From contig CAVRUC010000005.1 of assembly GCA_963724295.1 (NCBI GenBank), positions 192,001-256,000 on the forward strand: a DNA stretch of 64,000 nt, read 5' to 3'. Under the pieces are notes generated by a model. The model was not told the DNA's origin and ran no database searches. It saw only the letters and a list, made by a program, of their open reading frames with translations. Each line of letters starts with the position of its first letter. Position 1 is the first letter of the stretch. Positions 39,265-49,089 of the stretch are shown one piece after another. This DNA comes from an uncultured Chloroflexia bacterium. Lineage in GTDB: Bacteria; Chloroflexota; Chloroflexia; Thermomicrobiales; UBA6265. A program made the translations under genes and the position numbers.

Positions 39265-40461
39265 TCAGTACGCCTGGATCGTCTCCGCCAGCCTGCGCAT
39301 CGCCTCGGCGATCCGCTCCTCCGGCTGCGCCGAGAAGTTCAAGCGCATCGAGCGAGTCCAGGAGCGGTCGGGGTAGAACCACGAGCTTGGCAGGTAGATG
39401 ACACCGCGGTCGGTCGCATCCGGGAGCATGGCGTCGGTCTCGAACTGGTCGGGCAACGTGACCCACAGAAAGAACCCGCCTCGAGGGGTCGTCCAGTGAA
39501 CGCCCGCCGGCATCTCCCGCGCCAGTCCAGCCAGCATGGCATCTCGACGGGCGCGATAGACCTCCTTCGTGGCGGCGATGTGCTCGTCGAGAAAACCGAG
39601 CGCGGAGTGATAGACCGTGCGGGTCATGATCCGCTCGTTGTGAATGTCGGTGCCCTCTTTGACGTTGAAGAACGCCTCGCGCAGCCGTGGCGATGAGGCG
39701 ACCCACCCGACGCGCAACCCCGGCGCCAGCACTTTGGAGAATGTGCCGAGGAAGATAACCTCAGGGTCGAGTGACTTCAGCGTCGGTGGCGGATCCCCGT
39801 CATACGAGAGCTCCCCGTACGGGTCGTCCTCGACGATGACCAGACCTCGCTCCCCGGCCAGGTCAACCAGCGCGCGCCGTCGCGCGTTCGACATGGAGAC
39901 ACCCATCGGGTTCTGGTAGGTCGGTATCGTGTAGAGAAATTTCGGGCGCCTTGGCAGGTGATCGAGCAGCGTGGCCAGCGCGTCGACCTGGAGCCCTTCT
40001 TCGTCGACGGGCACCCCGACCGGTTCCGCCTCGTGCGAGCGGAAGACGCGCAGGGCGTCCATGAAGGTCGGTTCCTCAGTCAGCACGATATCGCCTGGAT
40101 CGATAAAGATGCGCGCCGCCAGATCGATCCCTTGCTGCGCGCCATTGGTGATCAGGACGTCGGCGGGGTCGACAATCGCTCCCCGGGCCGCCATCCGCTC
40201 CGCGATCAGCTCCCGCAGTGGCCGGTAGCCTTTCACCTCGCCGTAGAGGAGGGTCTCCGCGCCATCGGCCCAGGCGCGGTCAGCCCCTTCGCGCAGTCGG
40301 GCCACCGGAATGGCTTCAGTTGGCGGCACGCCGCCGCCAAAGAAGACCGCCTCCGGGTTCCGTTCCGCCATCCGGTCGACCCACGGCCAGACCGAGGCCG
40401 CAAATGGCTCGATCCTCCGGGAAGTCTCCGCGCTTTGCTGCCCTTGCACAGTACCGGTCAC
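39265..40461 (-). CDS. Class I PLP aminotransferase (2-aminoadipate transaminase LysN/ARO8-like)
   Basis: ITNGAQQG, PTYQNPMG, EDDPYGEL, GTFSKVLAPGLRVGW, GGFFLW, MRLNFS; no GntR HTH. Confidence 0.85.
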   Translation of the reverse strand: MTGTVQGQQSAETSRRIEPFAASVWPWVDRMAERNPEAVFFGGGVPPTEAIPVARLREGADRAWADGAETLLYGEVKGYRPLRELIAERMAARGAIVDPADVLITNGAQQGIDLAARIFIDPGDIVLTEEPTFMDALRVFRSHEAEPVGVPVDEEGLQVDALATLLDHLPRRPKFLYTIPTYQNPMGVSMSNARRRALVDLAGERGLVIVEDDPYGELSYDGDPPPTLKSLDPEVIFLGTFSKVLAPGLRVGWVASSPRLREAFFNVKEGTDIHNERIMTRTVYHSALGFLDEHIAATKEVYRARRDAMLAGLAREMPAGVHWTTPRGGFFLWVTLPDQFETDAMLPDATDRGVIYLPSSWFYPDRSWTRSMRLNFSAQPEERIAEAMRRLAETIQAY

Positions 40462-41261
40462 GCTCGCTGGTCCTCGCCGTCACTCGAGTCGCTGGAGTCC
40501 TCGGGATCAGTCAGCTCGATCTCTAATCGCTTATTGGCCTTCCCCTTGGAGCGGGTCCCGACGACACGCAGTGTTCCGACTTCTCGCGTATTGGAGACAT
40601 GCGTTCCACCGTCCGCCTGCAGATCGAGCCCGACGATCTCGACCGTCCGCACCTCTGGGATCCCCTCTGGTAGCAGGTTGATCTTGGTCCGGATCAGATC
40701 CGGGATCTGGAATGCTTCGTCGCGAGGCAAGATTTGAACGCGCACGTCCCTGCCGGCCCGCAGCTCCTCATTCGCACTGCGCTCGATCTCCGCCACCCGC
40801 GCCGGGGTAAAGTCGGCGGAATCCATCTCGAAATCCATCCGCGCCCGGTCCGGTCCCATATTGCCCCCGGTGACGAGCGCGCTGTAGTCGCGGAAGACAA
40901 CCCCGCACAGGACGTGCAACGCGGTGTGCATGCGCATGAGCCGATGGCGTCGCTCCCAATCAAGCTCGACCCGCACGCGATCCCCCGCGTCCGGCAGTGG
41001 TTCATCGCCGCCGGCTTCGTGCCAGACGACGCCTCCACTCTTGCTCGCCGAGACCAACGGCCATTGCAGGCCATCCGCGATGCGTGTCAGCGTCCCTTCA
41101 TCGGTCGGCTGCCCGCCCCCACCGGGGAACACGATCGTCTTGTTGAGCGCGACCAGCCGGGACTCAGGCTCGACGCCGACCACTGTCGCCTCCACCAAGC
41201 GCAGCCCGCTGTCACGCTGATAGAGCAGCTCCGTATCGGGCAGCGCGCGATCGTCGTTCAT
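40458..41261 (-). CDS. alaX: AlaX (AlaXp-M) trans-editing protein
   Basis: TELLY, FPGGGGQP.DEG, RLMRMHTALH, QADGGTHV..TREVG, KGKANKRL. Confidence 0.9.
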   Translation of the reverse strand: MNDDRALPDTELLYQRDSGLRLVEATVVGVEPESRLVALNKTIVFPGGGGQPTDEGTLTRIADGLQWPLVSASKSGGVVWHEAGGDEPLPDAGDRVRVELDWERRHRLMRMHTALHVLCGVVFRDYSALVTGGNMGPDRARMDFEMDSADFTPARVAEIERSANEELRAGRDVRVQILPRDEAFQIPDLIRTKINLLPEGIPEVRTVEIVGLDLQADGGTHVSNTREVGTLRVVGTRSKGKANKRLEIELTDPEDSSDSSDGEDQRA

Positions 41262-41354
41262 TTCTCGTCCCGTTGACGTCAGTTGACCTGTTTGGCGTGG
41301 CCGCGATCACAATTGTCCCTTGAGTTGGCCGGTTGCGCTACATCGGTCACCTGC

Positions 41355-41383
41355 TTGCCCCAACGTCACCCGCTTGATATGAT
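41355..41383 (+). promoter_or_regulatory. Sigma70-type promoter upstream of the LysM gene
   Basis: TTGCCC, 17-bp spacer, TATGAT with a TG extension. Confidence 0.55.
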
Positions 41384-41818
41384 CGCCTCAGCATGTACGT
41401 ACACCCCCGTGAGTACCGCCCCGCTCGTGAAATCTCATCGGCTGATGAAGGTAGGGGCGGCGAATGGAACGGTCACTCCGTGTCTCTGGCGAGCACGCGC
41501 GCTTGGACTCGCACTCGACGGTCAGCAGCGCCGACGCGGTGTCGCGACAATCGGTGCTGGCGACGGCGGTCGGCGCGTCATACGCCTTCGATCCCGGAGT
41601 TGACGGTCTGGCCAGCATCTATGCCGCTCGCGTGCTGGAACGGGGGATCGATCCCCGCGCCCTCTGCGCCGACATCCGCGCCGACCGCCAGGGACTTGTC
41701 GATCGGGGACCGCAACGGCGAGCACTAATGGCACGGACCCGCACGTCACGCTTCGGTCGCGGCACAGCCGTGCACCTGCGCTTCCAGGTCTCCGCAAAGC
41801 GAACCGTCCCGAGCGACC

Positions 41819-43045
41819 GTGACAGCCCCCCGGAAGCGAGGAGACCAACCTGCCAGACCGCGCCCTCGGTTTCAGTTCAACGTGTCGCGCAAGCTCGCCG
41901 CCGCGGCGGGTGTCGCCGCCCTCCTCTTGCTCCCGCTCGGCGTCATCGTCGCCAATGCCCAGGACACTACGCTGCAGTCTCGCTACGTCGTCGAGCCAGG
42001 CGATACGCTGGACAGCGTCGCCGCGGAGTTCGGAGTCGATCCGGCGGCGATTCTCGCGGCCAGTGCCGTCGAGAACCCTCCTTCGCTCGCCCCCTCCGAG
42101 ATCATCGTCATTCCGGACCCGAACGAATCTCCCGAGGCAGCCGCCTGGAACGCGAGCCAGCAGGAAGGCGCCAGCCCGTTCGTCACCGGCGCCCATGACG
42201 TCGCGCCCGGCGAGACGCTCGCCGAGATCGCCGCCGGCTATGGTCTCGATCCCTGGGCACTGGCGACGTTCAACGGGCTGGCCGACATCGACACCCTGCA
42301 CGCGGGTCAGCGGCTCCGCATTCCCGTCACCGACACCGCTATCGACCCGGCCGCTGGAGAGCTGACTGTTTCATCGTCAGTGGAACCGGTCGCCGAGACC
42401 GCGGAAACCTGGGTCGACACTGGCGCCTGGGCTGAAGAAGCGCAGTGGGCGCCCGAGGCTGCCGGCGGACTCGACGCCGGCTGGGAGGAGCCAGTCAGTG
42501 GCCCGGTCTTCGCCGCCGACGTCCCCGCTTACTTCCAGATGTACTCGCTTTCCTGCGAATACGCCGCCGCCTACATCGCCACCTCCGCTTTCGGCTGGGG
42601 CGTCCCGGAATCGGCGTTCATCGAGCGGATAGGCATATCCGCAAATCCGCACTGGGGATACCGTGGCAATATTCACGGAGCCTGGGGCGGCAGCGACGAC
42701 TACGGCGTTTATCCGGAGGCGCTTGCGCCGACGCTCAACGAATTCGGATTCATCGCCGACGTCTTCTACGGCGGCGACGCGGCCTCGCTCACCGCGCGCA
42801 TCGACGCCGGGATGCCGGTCATGACCTGGCTGGGCTACTTCGGCGACACCGCCTGGGTGCAGGAGGACGAAGGCGCTTACCTGCTCGCCCCTGGACTGCA
42901 CGTCGTCACCGTCTACGGCTACGACGACGGTGGCGTCTATGTCTCGAACCCCGGCCGCGGCAATTTCGACTACTACGCCTGGGGCGATTTTCTCAGTATG
43001 TGGAGCGTCCTCGACGGCATGGCCCTGGGTGTAGCCCCGCTCTAG
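41819..43045 (+). CDS. LysM-repeat protein with C39-like cysteine peptidase domain (may start at 41464 via a frameshift)
   Basis: TM/signal segment, two LysM domains (YVVEPGDTL, HDVAPGETL), LSCEYAA and HVVTVYGYD..SNP. Confidence 0.85.
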   Translation: MTAPRKRGDQPARPRPRFQFNVSRKLAAAAGVAALLLLPLGVIVANAQDTTLQSRYVVEPGDTLDSVAAEFGVDPAAILAASAVENPPSLAPSEIIVIPDPNESPEAAAWNASQQEGASPFVTGAHDVAPGETLAEIAAGYGLDPWALATFNGLADIDTLHAGQRLRIPVTDTAIDPAAGELTVSSSVEPVAETAETWVDTGAWAEEAQWAPEAAGGLDAGWEEPVSGPVFAADVPAYFQMYSLSCEYAAAYIATSAFGWGVPESAFIERIGISANPHWGYRGNIHGAWGGSDDYGVYPEALAPTLNEFGFIADVFYGGDAASLTARIDAGMPVMTWLGYFGDTAWVQEDEGAYLLAPGLHVVTVYGYDDGGVYVSNPGRGNFDYYAWGDFLSMWSVLDGMALGVAPL

Positions 43046-43132
43046 CCACAGCAGCGTCGCCGACGGAGACCATTCTGCCGGACCAACCGGGAGTCACCTA
43101 TACTCTCTCCAGCATCACCCTGGAGCCGCGAC

Positions 43133-43939
43133 ATGCTTCATCTTGCCCCCATGCTGGATCTGCGTCCGCCGGGCGACGCCGTTCATGCGTACCTCACGCT
43201 CCCGGCCCAGGCCATCCGCCCACTGGAATCCGCGGTTAGCGCGCTTGCCGATCCGAACGTGGCCTATCTTCTACTCGTGCTCGGGTTCCTCGGACTCTTT
43301 CTCGAGCTCTCAAGCCCTGGCGCGTCGATACCTGGAGCAATCGGCGTCATCAGCCTCATTCTGGCCGCGATCGGGCTCTCGCAGCTCCCTTTCGACTGGC
43401 GAGGAGCATTGTTGATTCTGGTCGCGTTTCTGCTCTTTTTCGCCGACGTCTTCGTACCTTCGCTGGGTCTGCTGACCCTGTCGGGGCTGGCATTGCTCGT
43501 GGCAGGATCGTACGTGTTATTCGATGAAACACAAGGCGTCTTCGTCAACCGGCAGCTGATCTGGGCGATAGCGGCCAGCTTGGTCGTTATGTTTGTCGTC
43601 ATCGGCGGATTCGCGCTATCGGTCTGGCGTCGCAAACCAACCACCGGCCGCGAGGGCTTGGTCGGCGCGGTTGGCACCGTACGGAAGCCTCTCGATCCAG
43701 ATGGCGTCGTCTTCGTCGCCGGCGAACTGTGGCAAGCAACTGCCGCCAGCGACAGCGACGCGGCCGCGCCGCCCATCCCGGAGCGCGTACCGGTGACCGT
43801 GACTGCTGTGGACGGTCTCAGACTCCTCGTGCGTCGCGCCACCGCCGTCGAAGTTGAAGCCGCCGGCGTCGCGGTGATGGGAGACTTGCGTCCGGCAACG
43901 AGCCAGGAGGCGGCGCTCTCGCTCGTCGACACACCGTGA
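43133..43939 (+). CDS. NfeD family membrane protein (short form)
   Basis: [38 protein letters not shown]-fold; adjacent to an SPFH gene. Confidence 0.88.
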   Translation: MLHLAPMLDLRPPGDAVHAYLTLPAQAIRPLESAVSALADPNVAYLLLVLGFLGLFLELSSPGASIPGAIGVISLILAAIGLSQLPFDWRGALLILVAFLLFFADVFVPSLGLLTLSGLALLVAGSYVLFDETQGVFVNRQLIWAIAASLVVMFVVIGGFALSVWRRKPTTGREGLVGAVGTVRKPLDPDGVVFVAGELWQATAASDSDAAAPPIPERVPVTVTAVDGLRLLVRRATAVEVEAAGVAVMGDLRPATSQEAALSLVDTP

Positions 43940-43994
43940 AGACCCCTGCGATTTGCTACTGGGGGCGTTCGACATTCTAGTGGGAGTAGAGAGC

Positions 43995-44801
43995 ATGGAA
44001 TGGTCCTGGTTCGTCGTCGTGGCAGTTCTGCTCATCATCCTGGTTGTCCTGGCCGCGACCATCAAGATCGTCAAGGAGTACGAGCGCGGCGTCGTCTTTC
44101 GCCTTGGCCGGCTAGTCGGTCCTCGCGGTCCGGGCCTCATCTTGCTGGTGCCATTCATCGAGCGCATGCAGAAGATCGACCTTCGCACGGTCACGCTCGA
44201 TGTCCCGGCCCAGGAAGTCATCACCCGTGACAACGTCACCGTGCGAGTCAATGCGGTCGCCTATTTCCGCGTCCTCGACCCCAATGCCGCCATCGTCAAC
44301 GTGACCGACTACAACCGCGCCACATCCCAGATCGCGCAGACGACGCTGCGCTCGGTGCTTGGTCAGTCGACGCTGGACGACCTGCTATCGGAGCGGGACA
44401 AGATCAACGAGCAGCTGCAACGCATCATCGACGAGCAGACCGAGCCGTGGGGCGTCAAGGTCAGCATCGTCGAGGTCAAGGACGTCGAGCTGCCGCAGAC
44501 CATGCAGCGGGCCATGGCACGTCAGGCCGAGGCCGAGCGCGAGAAACGGGCCAAGGTGATCCATGCTGAGGGTGAGCTGGAGGCAAGTCAGAAATTGGCT
44601 CAGGCGGCAGTTGTCATCGACCAGAATCCGCTCGGCATCCAGCTTCGCTACCTGCAGACGCTGACCGAGATCGGTGCCGAGAAGAACACCACGGTCGTCT
44701 TTCCGCTGCCGATCGACCTCATTGGCGGTCTCTTCCAACGCTCCAATGGGCCCGAGCCAGCGCCAATCGCCGGCAAGTCCGACGAAGTTGCACTTGGCTA
44801 G
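43995..44801 (+). CDS. SPFH/stomatin (slipin) family protein
   Basis: [50 protein letters not shown]. Confidence 0.95.
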   Translation: MEWSWFVVVAVLLIILVVLAATIKIVKEYERGVVFRLGRLVGPRGPGLILLVPFIERMQKIDLRTVTLDVPAQEVITRDNVTVRVNAVAYFRVLDPNAAIVNVTDYNRATSQIAQTTLRSVLGQSTLDDLLSERDKINEQLQRIIDEQTEPWGVKVSIVEVKDVELPQTMQRAMARQAEAEREKRAKVIHAEGELEASQKLAQAAVVIDQNPLGIQLRYLQTLTEIGAEKNTTVVFPLPIDLIGGLFQRSNGPEPAPIAGKSDEVALG

Positions 44802-44949
44802 AACGGGCCTCTGATCCGGGGCGCGCCTCCAGACTGAGCGGTCGAGGCTGCTTGCCGTTCAGGCAGCCTTCTCTCGGGCACCGCACCGACGAGCAAGCAT
44901 GGCGCAGATGTACCTGCAACTCTGCGCTTTCTTGGGAGGATGAAGGCCC

Positions 44950-45754
44950 ATGCCCTACGCCAGCAATGAAGGCGTCCGCATCCACTATGAGGTGGAAGGA
45001 AGCGGTCCACCGCTGTTCCTCCACGTCGGCTTCCTTGGAACTCTCGAAGACTGGCGCCGCGAGGACACTCGCTACGTCGAGGCGCTGCGTGACGCCTATC
45101 GCCTCCTCCTCCTCGACCCCCGCGGCCAGGGCCGCAGCGACGCGCCGCACGATCCCTCGGCCTACACGCTCGAGCAGCGGGTGGGCGATGTGCTGGCGGT
45201 CCTCGACGCTGAGGGCATCGAACGCACGCACTACTGGGGTTACTCGATGGGCGGTTGGGTCGGCTTTGGGCTCGGCACGCCAGGCTCCTGACCGGGTCGT
45301 CTCGTTGGTGCTGGGCGGGGCTGATCCATTTGAGCAAGGCACTGGACCCATCGAGGACGATGCCTGGCTGCGCCTCTTCCGCCAGGGCATGCCGGCCTTT
45401 GTCGCCGATTGGGAGAGGCACGATCCGAATATGGCCGCGATCATGCGGGAACGGTGGCTGGCTCTTGATGCCCAGGCGATGGCCGCCGCGCAGGAAGCCG
45501 GTCTCAATGCGCCGAGTCTTGAAGACGCACTCCCCGCCATCGAGACACCGACGCTGATCTACTTCGGTACGGACGACTACCCCGACCGGCTGCCGGAGCG
45601 AGCCGCCGCGAAGATGCCAAACGCGACCGTCGTGGCGCTCGAAGGGCTGAACCACTCCCAGGCAATCCGACGCAGCGACCTCGTCTTGCCCCACGTTGAG
45701 GCATTCCTCGACCGGGTCACTGGTACTACAGTGGAACGTGCCGGCCCCAAATAG
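44950..45754 (+). pseudogene. Alpha/beta hydrolase split by a +1 frameshift near 45274
   Basis: N-half MPYASNEGVRIHYEVEGSGPP..DPRGQGRS..GYSMGG (44950-45291) continues in another frame as ARQAPDRVVSLVLGG..PTLIYFGTDD..LNH. Confidence 0.8.
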
Positions 45755-45964
45755 AGCCAATTCGAGCGACAGAATCGCCTCTCTTCGGCCACATGGCACG
45801 AGAACCCGGGAAGATCCCTTGTGCGACGTGCAACTGCGCTGAGCGACACGACGTCTAATTCCTGCTAGGGCAGCCCCTATGGCCCGCAGGAGTTCCCCGC
45901 CTGAGCTCGTGACGGTAAGAGGTAAACGGATCCGGGCGTGCAATCCGCGCCCGCACCTGGCAGG

Positions 45965-45991
45965 TGTCACGCGGAGCGAGTCCAAATCGTC
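45965..45991 (+). promoter_or_regulatory. ECF41-type promoter
   Basis: TGTCACG-n16-CGTC, matching the ECF41 consensus TGTCACA-n16-CGTC, upstream of the ECF41 gene. Confidence 0.7.
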
Positions 45992-46090
45992 TCCTGATTG
46001 ACGGAATCGGTTCATGCGTTGCTGGCGAACTGACGTGACCGCCAGCCAGCCACGAACCGGATCGACCGATCGAATCGCTGGAGGCGAATA

Positions 46091-47095
46091 ATGGTGTCCA
46101 TCGATCCTCAGACAGGATCTCGTCTCGATGACAGTTGGCGTGACCTGCCAGGATCCAGACCATCACGTCGTGCCCGCGTGGAGTTCGATATGACCGCAAG
46201 TGAGCCCTTTCTCGAGCATCGTTCGCTCCTCTTCGCCATCGCCTATCGCATGCTCGGCAGCGTGGCCGACGCCGAGGATGCAGTCCAGGAGACCTACCTT
46301 CGCTGGAGCCGCACGACGGGGCAGGGCGAAGAGATCCACTCTCCCAAGGCGTGGTTGACCACCACCATCAGCCGCGTCTGCCTCGATCAGCTCGGCTCGG
46401 CCCGGGTGAAGAGGGAGCAATATGTCGGGCCCTGGCTGCCCGAGCCTCTGGCCGGTGTGACACCCGATGTCGCCGAGACCGTCGCCGATTTCGACTCGCT
46501 CTCGATCGCCTTCCTGGTGCTCCTGGAGTCGCTCTCGCCCAAGGAGCGAGCCGTCTTCCTCCTGCACGACGTGTTCGGCTATGACTTCGCCTCGATCGGC
46601 GAGATCGTCGGCGAGAGCGACGCCTATTGCCGGCAGCTCGCCAAACGCGCCCGGGCGCACATGGTCGAACGTCGTCCGCGTTTCGCGGCCGATCGCGCCC
46701 AGCAGGAGCGGCTCACGACTGGCTTCCTGCGCGCCGTATCTGAAGGTGACATGCCGGCCCTCATCGAGACTCTGACCGACGACGTGGTCGTCTTCTCGGA
46801 CGGAGGCGGCAAGGTCAACGCGGCTCGTAAACCGGTTATCGGTCGCGACAAGGTGGCTCAGTTCTTGACCAACCTCGCGCGCCTCGCACCGGAGGGGACC
46901 AGCTTCCGCACCGAGACGATCAATGGTCAGCCGGGAATCGTGACCCTCATCGACGGTGTGCTGCAAAACGTCGTGACGTTCGATTTCGCCGATTCCGCCA
47001 TCAGAACCGTCTACATCGTCGTCAACCCCGAAAAGCTGGTCCCCGTCGCCTCGGCCTTGTCCGGCTCCGGGCGAACCGAGGACCAAACACATTGA
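46091..47095 (+). CDS. sigJ: ECF41/SigJ-type sigma factor with C-terminal SnoaL-like extension
   Basis: AYRMLGSVADAEDAVQE, YVGPWLPEP, SDGGGK, NPEKL motifs; GGAGG before ATG 46091 (alternative start 46190). Confidence 0.92.
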   Translation: MVSIDPQTGSRLDDSWRDLPGSRPSRRARVEFDMTASEPFLEHRSLLFAIAYRMLGSVADAEDAVQETYLRWSRTTGQGEEIHSPKAWLTTTISRVCLDQLGSARVKREQYVGPWLPEPLAGVTPDVAETVADFDSLSIAFLVLLESLSPKERAVFLLHDVFGYDFASIGEIVGESDAYCRQLAKRARAHMVERRPRFAADRAQQERLTTGFLRAVSEGDMPALIETLTDDVVVFSDGGGKVNAARKPVIGRDKVAQFLTNLARLAPEGTSFRTETINGQPGIVTLIDGVLQNVVTFDFADSAIRTVYIVVNPEKLVPVASALSGSGRTEDQTH

Positions 47096-47130
47096 CGTCG
47101 TCGATCTCGGCGATTGGAAAGGAGATCCCA

Positions 47131-48564
47131 ATGACAACCGTTTTCGTTACCGGCCCAACCGGAGTCCTTGGCCGGGCAACGATCCCGGACTTGCTCGCTT
47201 CCGGGCACACCGTCCGAGCCCTCTCTCGCGGCGAAGCGAGCGATGCCGCTATCCGCGCCCTCGGCGCCGAGCCTGTGCGCGGCGATCTTTTCGACCCGGA
47301 CTCGCTGCGGGAAGCGGTTGCTGGCGCGGATGCCGTCCTCCATCTGGCCACGCGGATTCCACCCAGCTCCGAGGTGCGGCATCGCTCTGCCTGGGCCGAG
47401 AACGACCGCATCCGCGCTGAAGGCACGAAGAACCTCGTCGACGCCGCTCTCGCAGCGGACGTCCGGGTATTCGTCTATCCCAGCTTCGCCTTTGTCTATC
47501 CCGATAGCGGCGATGCATGGATCGACGCCGTATCGACGCCGGTCGATCTGACCGATATCCTGCACTCGACGATTGCTGCCGAGGGAGAGGTTGCGCGCTT
47601 CGCCGAAGGCGGCCGGCGCGGAGTTTCGCTGCGGCTGGGTGGCCTTTATGGAATTGACGTCCCCTCGACCACCGAGCAGCTCCAGCTCGCCCGGCGCGGG
47701 TTTTCGATGTTCGGCAGCGCCCCCAAGGCGTTCACTCCGACGCTCTGGATCGGCGACGCCGCCTCGGCTCTCGTCGCCGCGCTAGACCGCGCTCCGTCCG
47801 GCATCTATGACGTCGTTGACGACGAACCTGTCCGGCAGTGGCAGGTCAAAGCCGCTCTCGCTACGGCCGCGGGGCGACGAAGTGTGCTGTCACTCCCAGG
47901 CTGGCTAACGCAGTTGGTGGCCGGCCCAGCCGCGGAAGTGTTCGGCAGAAGCCTGCGTATCTCCAATCGCCGCTTCCGCGAGGCGACCGGGTGGGCGCCA
48001 GAAGTCCGCAACGCGGTCGAAGGCATGGCGCGAGTAGGCGCCGGGAATCCAGTCACTCCGACATTGCGCGTACCCGCCACCGTCCGTTTGGGCCTCTGGG
48101 CGATGGCGTTCTTCAGCCTCTTCGCGGGGATCCAGCAGCAATTCGCCCCCCGCTCGTTCTTCGACGACTTCCCGGGATTCGGAATGCAATGGGTCGCGGT
48201 CGACGGACCGTACAACGAGCACCTGCTGCGCGATCTGGGTGGCGCGAACCTCGCGCTCGCCGTCGTCATCTTCTTCGCGATCGCCCGGCCCACGGCAGGA
48301 CTCGTTCGCGCGGTCGCGGCGGCGATGCTGGTCGCTCAGGTGCCGCATTTCATCTACCACGCCGCGCACCTCGACATCTTGCCGACGGCGCTCGATCGCG
48401 TTTTGCAAACGGCGTCCCTGGCGATGACCCTGGCAATCCCGCTGCTCGTCCTGCTGCGGGCGGGCGGCATCCGCCAGGAACGCGAGGCGTCAGCTCAACC
48501 AGCTGCAACCGACCATAGGAGAACGTCCCAACAGCGGCCCCTGCTACTCACGTCTACTCGCTGA
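47131..48564 (+). CDS. NAD-dependent epimerase/dehydratase fused to a C-terminal membrane domain
   Basis: VFVTGPTGVLG Rossmann, HLAT; C-terminal ~150 aa with about 4 TM helices and GPYNEHLLRDLG. Confidence 0.85.
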   Translation: MTTVFVTGPTGVLGRATIPDLLASGHTVRALSRGEASDAAIRALGAEPVRGDLFDPDSLREAVAGADAVLHLATRIPPSSEVRHRSAWAENDRIRAEGTKNLVDAALAADVRVFVYPSFAFVYPDSGDAWIDAVSTPVDLTDILHSTIAAEGEVARFAEGGRRGVSLRLGGLYGIDVPSTTEQLQLARRGFSMFGSAPKAFTPTLWIGDAASALVAALDRAPSGIYDVVDDEPVRQWQVKAALATAAGRRSVLSLPGWLTQLVAGPAAEVFGRSLRISNRRFREATGWAPEVRNAVEGMARVGAGNPVTPTLRVPATVRLGLWAMAFFSLFAGIQQQFAPRSFFDDFPGFGMQWVAVDGPYNEHLLRDLGGANLALAVVIFFAIARPTAGLVRAVAAAMLVAQVPHFIYHAAHLDILPTALDRVLQTASLAMTLAIPLLVLLRAGGIRQEREASAQPAATDHRRTSQQRPLLLTSTR

Positions 48565-48792
48565 CGCGTTCAACGGGTTCTCAAGAGGCCATGTGTCACT
48601 CTGAACGCAGTGAACTTGCAGAATCTCGGCGCCGCCGTATTAGCAAGTGGATGCCGAGATTCTTCGCCTGCGGGCTCTGAACGACACCGACTTTGGCTCG
48701 CTGCCCTCAACAGCCCTTTCCGTCCTCCGCGACCGATCAGACATACAATCGTTTCATTCGAAACGAGCCCGTAATGCGGAGGATGCGACTGC

Positions 48793-49089
48793 ATGAACCC
48801 CGACGAGACGCCTCGGCACGAATCGGTCGACCACGTTCACCCGACCGACGCCGGATTGATGGATCCGACTGGGGAAGACGTCCCCGGTACCGGGATCATG
48901 GGCGACGAGACGCTCGTCCACGATCTGGATGATGGGAAGCCGCCGGGGATCTACCCTGATCCTCCGGCGCACACAGGAGGCATTGCTCACCCCGGCCCGA
49001 CGCCCGCCGAAATCGAAGACGAGATCGAACGACCGGCTGACCGGCGCCAGGGTGGAGTCGCGGAGACAACCGGACGGGAGGGGAAGTGA
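48793..49089 (+). CDS. Small acidic hypothetical protein
   Basis: GGAGG RBS; GTGA overlap with the next gene; D/E/P/G-rich. Confidence 0.6.
   Translation: MNPDETPRHESVDHVHPTDAGLMDPTGEDVPGTGIMGDETLVHDLDDGKPPGIYPDPPAHTGGIAHPGPTPAEIEDEIERPADRRQGGVAETTGREGK

Noticed and set aside
41390..41463. c-di-AMP (ydaO) or fluoride riboswitch before the LysM gene
   Set aside because: Only short fragments (GTAGGG, GCTGATGA) match; the required flanking conserved elements are missing
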